A DNA stretch of 64,000 nucleotides, from positions 42,842,001 to 42,906,000 of the forward strand of contig NC_135817.1 of assembly GCF_964213995.1 (NCBI RefSeq), in the 5' to 3' direction. The notes below the pieces were generated by a model, which saw nothing but the letters and a program-made list of their open reading frames with translations, was not told the DNA's origin and did not search any database. Shown here in pieces: positions 62,084 to 64,000 of the stretch (position 1 is its first letter; each line of letters starts with the position of its first letter). The DNA is from Mustelus asterias (lineage: Eukaryota). Both the position numbers and the translations under genes were made by a program.

Positions 62084-62641
62084 AGAACAAAGAACAAAGA
62101 AAATTGCAGCACAGGAACAGGCCCTTCGGCCCCCAAGCCTGCATCAACCATGCTGCCTGACTGAACTGAAACCTCCTACCCTTCTGGGGACCCTATCCCT
62201 CTATTCCCACTCTATTCATGTATTTATCAAGATGCCCCTTAAAAGTCACTATAGTTTTGCTTGCACTACCTACCCTGGGTGTGAGTGCCAGGCACCCACC
62301 ACCCTCTGTGTAAAAAAACTTGCCTTGTACATCTCCTTTAAATCTTGCCCCACCCCTCGCACCTTAAACCTATGCTCCCTAGTAATTGACTCTTCCACCC
62401 TGGGAAAAAGCTTCAGACTACCCACTCTGTCCATGCCCCTCATAATCTTGTAGATTTCTATCAGGTCACCCCCTCAACCTCCGTCGCTCCAGTGAGAACA
62501 AACCAAGTTTTTCCAACCTCTTCTCATAGCTAATGCTCTCCATACCATGCAACATCCTGGTAAATCTTTTCTGTATCCTCTCCAAAGCCTCTGCATCCTT
62601 CTGGTAGTGTGGCGACCAGAATTGGACACTATATTCCAAGT
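62084..62641 (-). mobile_element. CR1 LINE 3' fragment
   Basis: LEYSVQFWSPHYQKD. (GTTCTTT)n tail. Confidence 0.92.
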
Positions 62642-62649
62642 TCCGGGGA

Positions 62650-63105
62650 ACAGTTTTTTTTTCCACAGAAAACACCAGTCTTTTGTTTCGGTTCAGTTGC
62701 TGCTAGAAGCTGGTGGAAGAAGGCAGTGTTTTTGTCTCTCTCTGTCTCTCTTCAGAGGCTTTTTGAGAGTTCCAGCACTGGGAAGCCTCAGAGAGTTAAT
62801 CTAACATTCAAAGGACCAATTCACAGCAGGTGCTAAAATGCTGAAAACCCAGCATCACATGAGCATACTTATTTCTGTGCTAAGTCTGGAGAAGAGTGTA
62901 TGTCTGTGGGATAGTGTTTAACTTGGGACAACTGAGATAGGAGTTATACTATATCATGTTTTAATCTTGTAATTAGTAAAAATTATGCTAACTCTTTTTA
63001 TTATCTTTTAACTGTGTTCTTAAATAAACTTTGTTTGATAAAAGCTTCCCAGTGGGTCACTTGAATCATACCTGAAGTGAAACACCTTTCATTTATCCAT
63101 GCAAC
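62650..63105 (+). mobile_element. LTR-like fragment
   Basis: CT-rich tract, AATAAA at ~63023, and a U5-like downstream segment. Confidence 0.4.
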
Positions 63106-63180
63106 CTTGATTTCAGTCACTCCACACTGGTCTGTGACCTTGTCTTTTGATTGTGTGCGAGTTTGTGAGCCCCTGATGAA

Positions 63181-63268
63181 CACTCATCTGATGAAGTAGC
63201 AGCGCTCCAAAAGCTCATGATTCCAAATAAACCTGTTGGACTTTAACCTGGTGTTGTGAAACTTCTTG
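63181..63268 (+). mobile_element. Penelope terminus fragment with a decayed hammerhead core
   Basis: CTGATGA-A-GTAGCAGCGCTCC-AAAA..ccaaataaacctgttggactttaacctgg. Confidence 0.85.
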
Positions 63269-63276
63269 CAGTGATA

Positions 63277-63420
63277 TTTAAGACTTATCTGGATAGGCAC
63301 ATGAAAAGGAGGGATATAGAGGGATACAGGTGATTGATCTAGATAGGACAACATGATCGGTGCAGGCTTGGTGGGACGAAGGGCCTTTTCCTGTGCTGCA
63401 GTATTCTTTGTTCTTTGTTT
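63277..63420 (+). mobile_element. CR1 extreme 3' end
   Basis: ttaagacttatctggatagg..gaagggccttttcctgtgctg..(ttctttg)n. Confidence 0.85.
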
Positions 63421-63589
63421 GCTCTTTATTATGTTGTTTCATTGAGTTTTGCCTGTACAACTTGCAGAATGCTGTAGAACTATTTCAGTTTAGTAGATAT
63501 TCAATTGGTTTTGTGGTCAGTGGCAAAACAAGGACTCTTGTCATTGACTAAAAGAAAGGCTACCCACAAAGATTTAATAATCTCTGCGA

Positions 63590-63824
63590 TGTAGTGTGAT
63601 GACTTCAGCCAGGCTAATGAGGTTGGCTTGCTACAGTATGAACTACCTGATGAATCCTAATTGATGATTAAATCAGGGAGCCTCATGCTCCCTATTTAAA
63701 GCAGGTGTGTCAGTCTCCCAGCCTGCATTCAGCAGGGAGCAACTGGAGAACTGACTGTGTACAGATGTATGGTGTAAATAAAGTAACTTGGTGACGGGAC
63801 TTTCACCTCCGTGGAGTTATTACA
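63590..63824 (+). mobile_element. Short solo LTR
   Basis: TGTAGT...ATTACA termini, TATTTAAA box at ~63693, AATAAA at ~63777. Confidence 0.6.
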
Positions 63825-64000
63825 TGTACAATTCCCCTTTCCTGACCTCAGTTTGAATCCGGTGTCAAGGACTAAGGGGTCTTGCAGCAACAGTGACAGC
63901 AAGCAGCCTATCGTATTGAAATATTCTCATAGACAGCAAACCAGGAAGTAAAAATAACTTCCAATGTTTACATTTTATAAATAACAAAATAAATGATTGG

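Overview
Eukaryotic DNA, almost certainly from an elasmobranch (shark): HE1/V-SINEs, SacSINE1-like DeuSINEs and HER1/CR1 LINEs are all present. The window is intergenic or deep intronic and consists mostly of transposable-element remains. There are about 17 CR1 LINE copies of several subfamilies, and one young copy has a near-intact RT. Other retroelements are Rex1/Babar and L2-group LINE fragments, tRNA-derived SINEs, several probable solo LTRs, and Penelope-like elements (one GIY-YIG remnant, hammerhead-like cores, and fold-back derivatives with target-site duplications). PIF/Harbinger DNA transposons are dense: 3 HARBI1-type transposase remnants, 4 Myb/SANT partner-gene remnants, and many MITEs with 3-bp TSDs, often ATG/CAT. 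No intact host gene, RNA gene or prokaryotic system (CRISPR, operon) is recognisable, and nearly all short ORFs in the track are TE-derived or chance. The most interesting items are: hammerhead-bearing palindromic Penelope mini-elements; a highly structured ~450-bp module in a young CR1 3' end; a 296-bp orphan insertion with an 11-bp TSD; a perfect hairpin where a Harbinger transposase breaks off; three orphan minus-strand exon candidates; and several TE-poor AT-rich islands that may be conserved non-coding elements. All family assignments come from motif recognition by eye, not database searches. Boundaries without a TSD or TIR are approximate.
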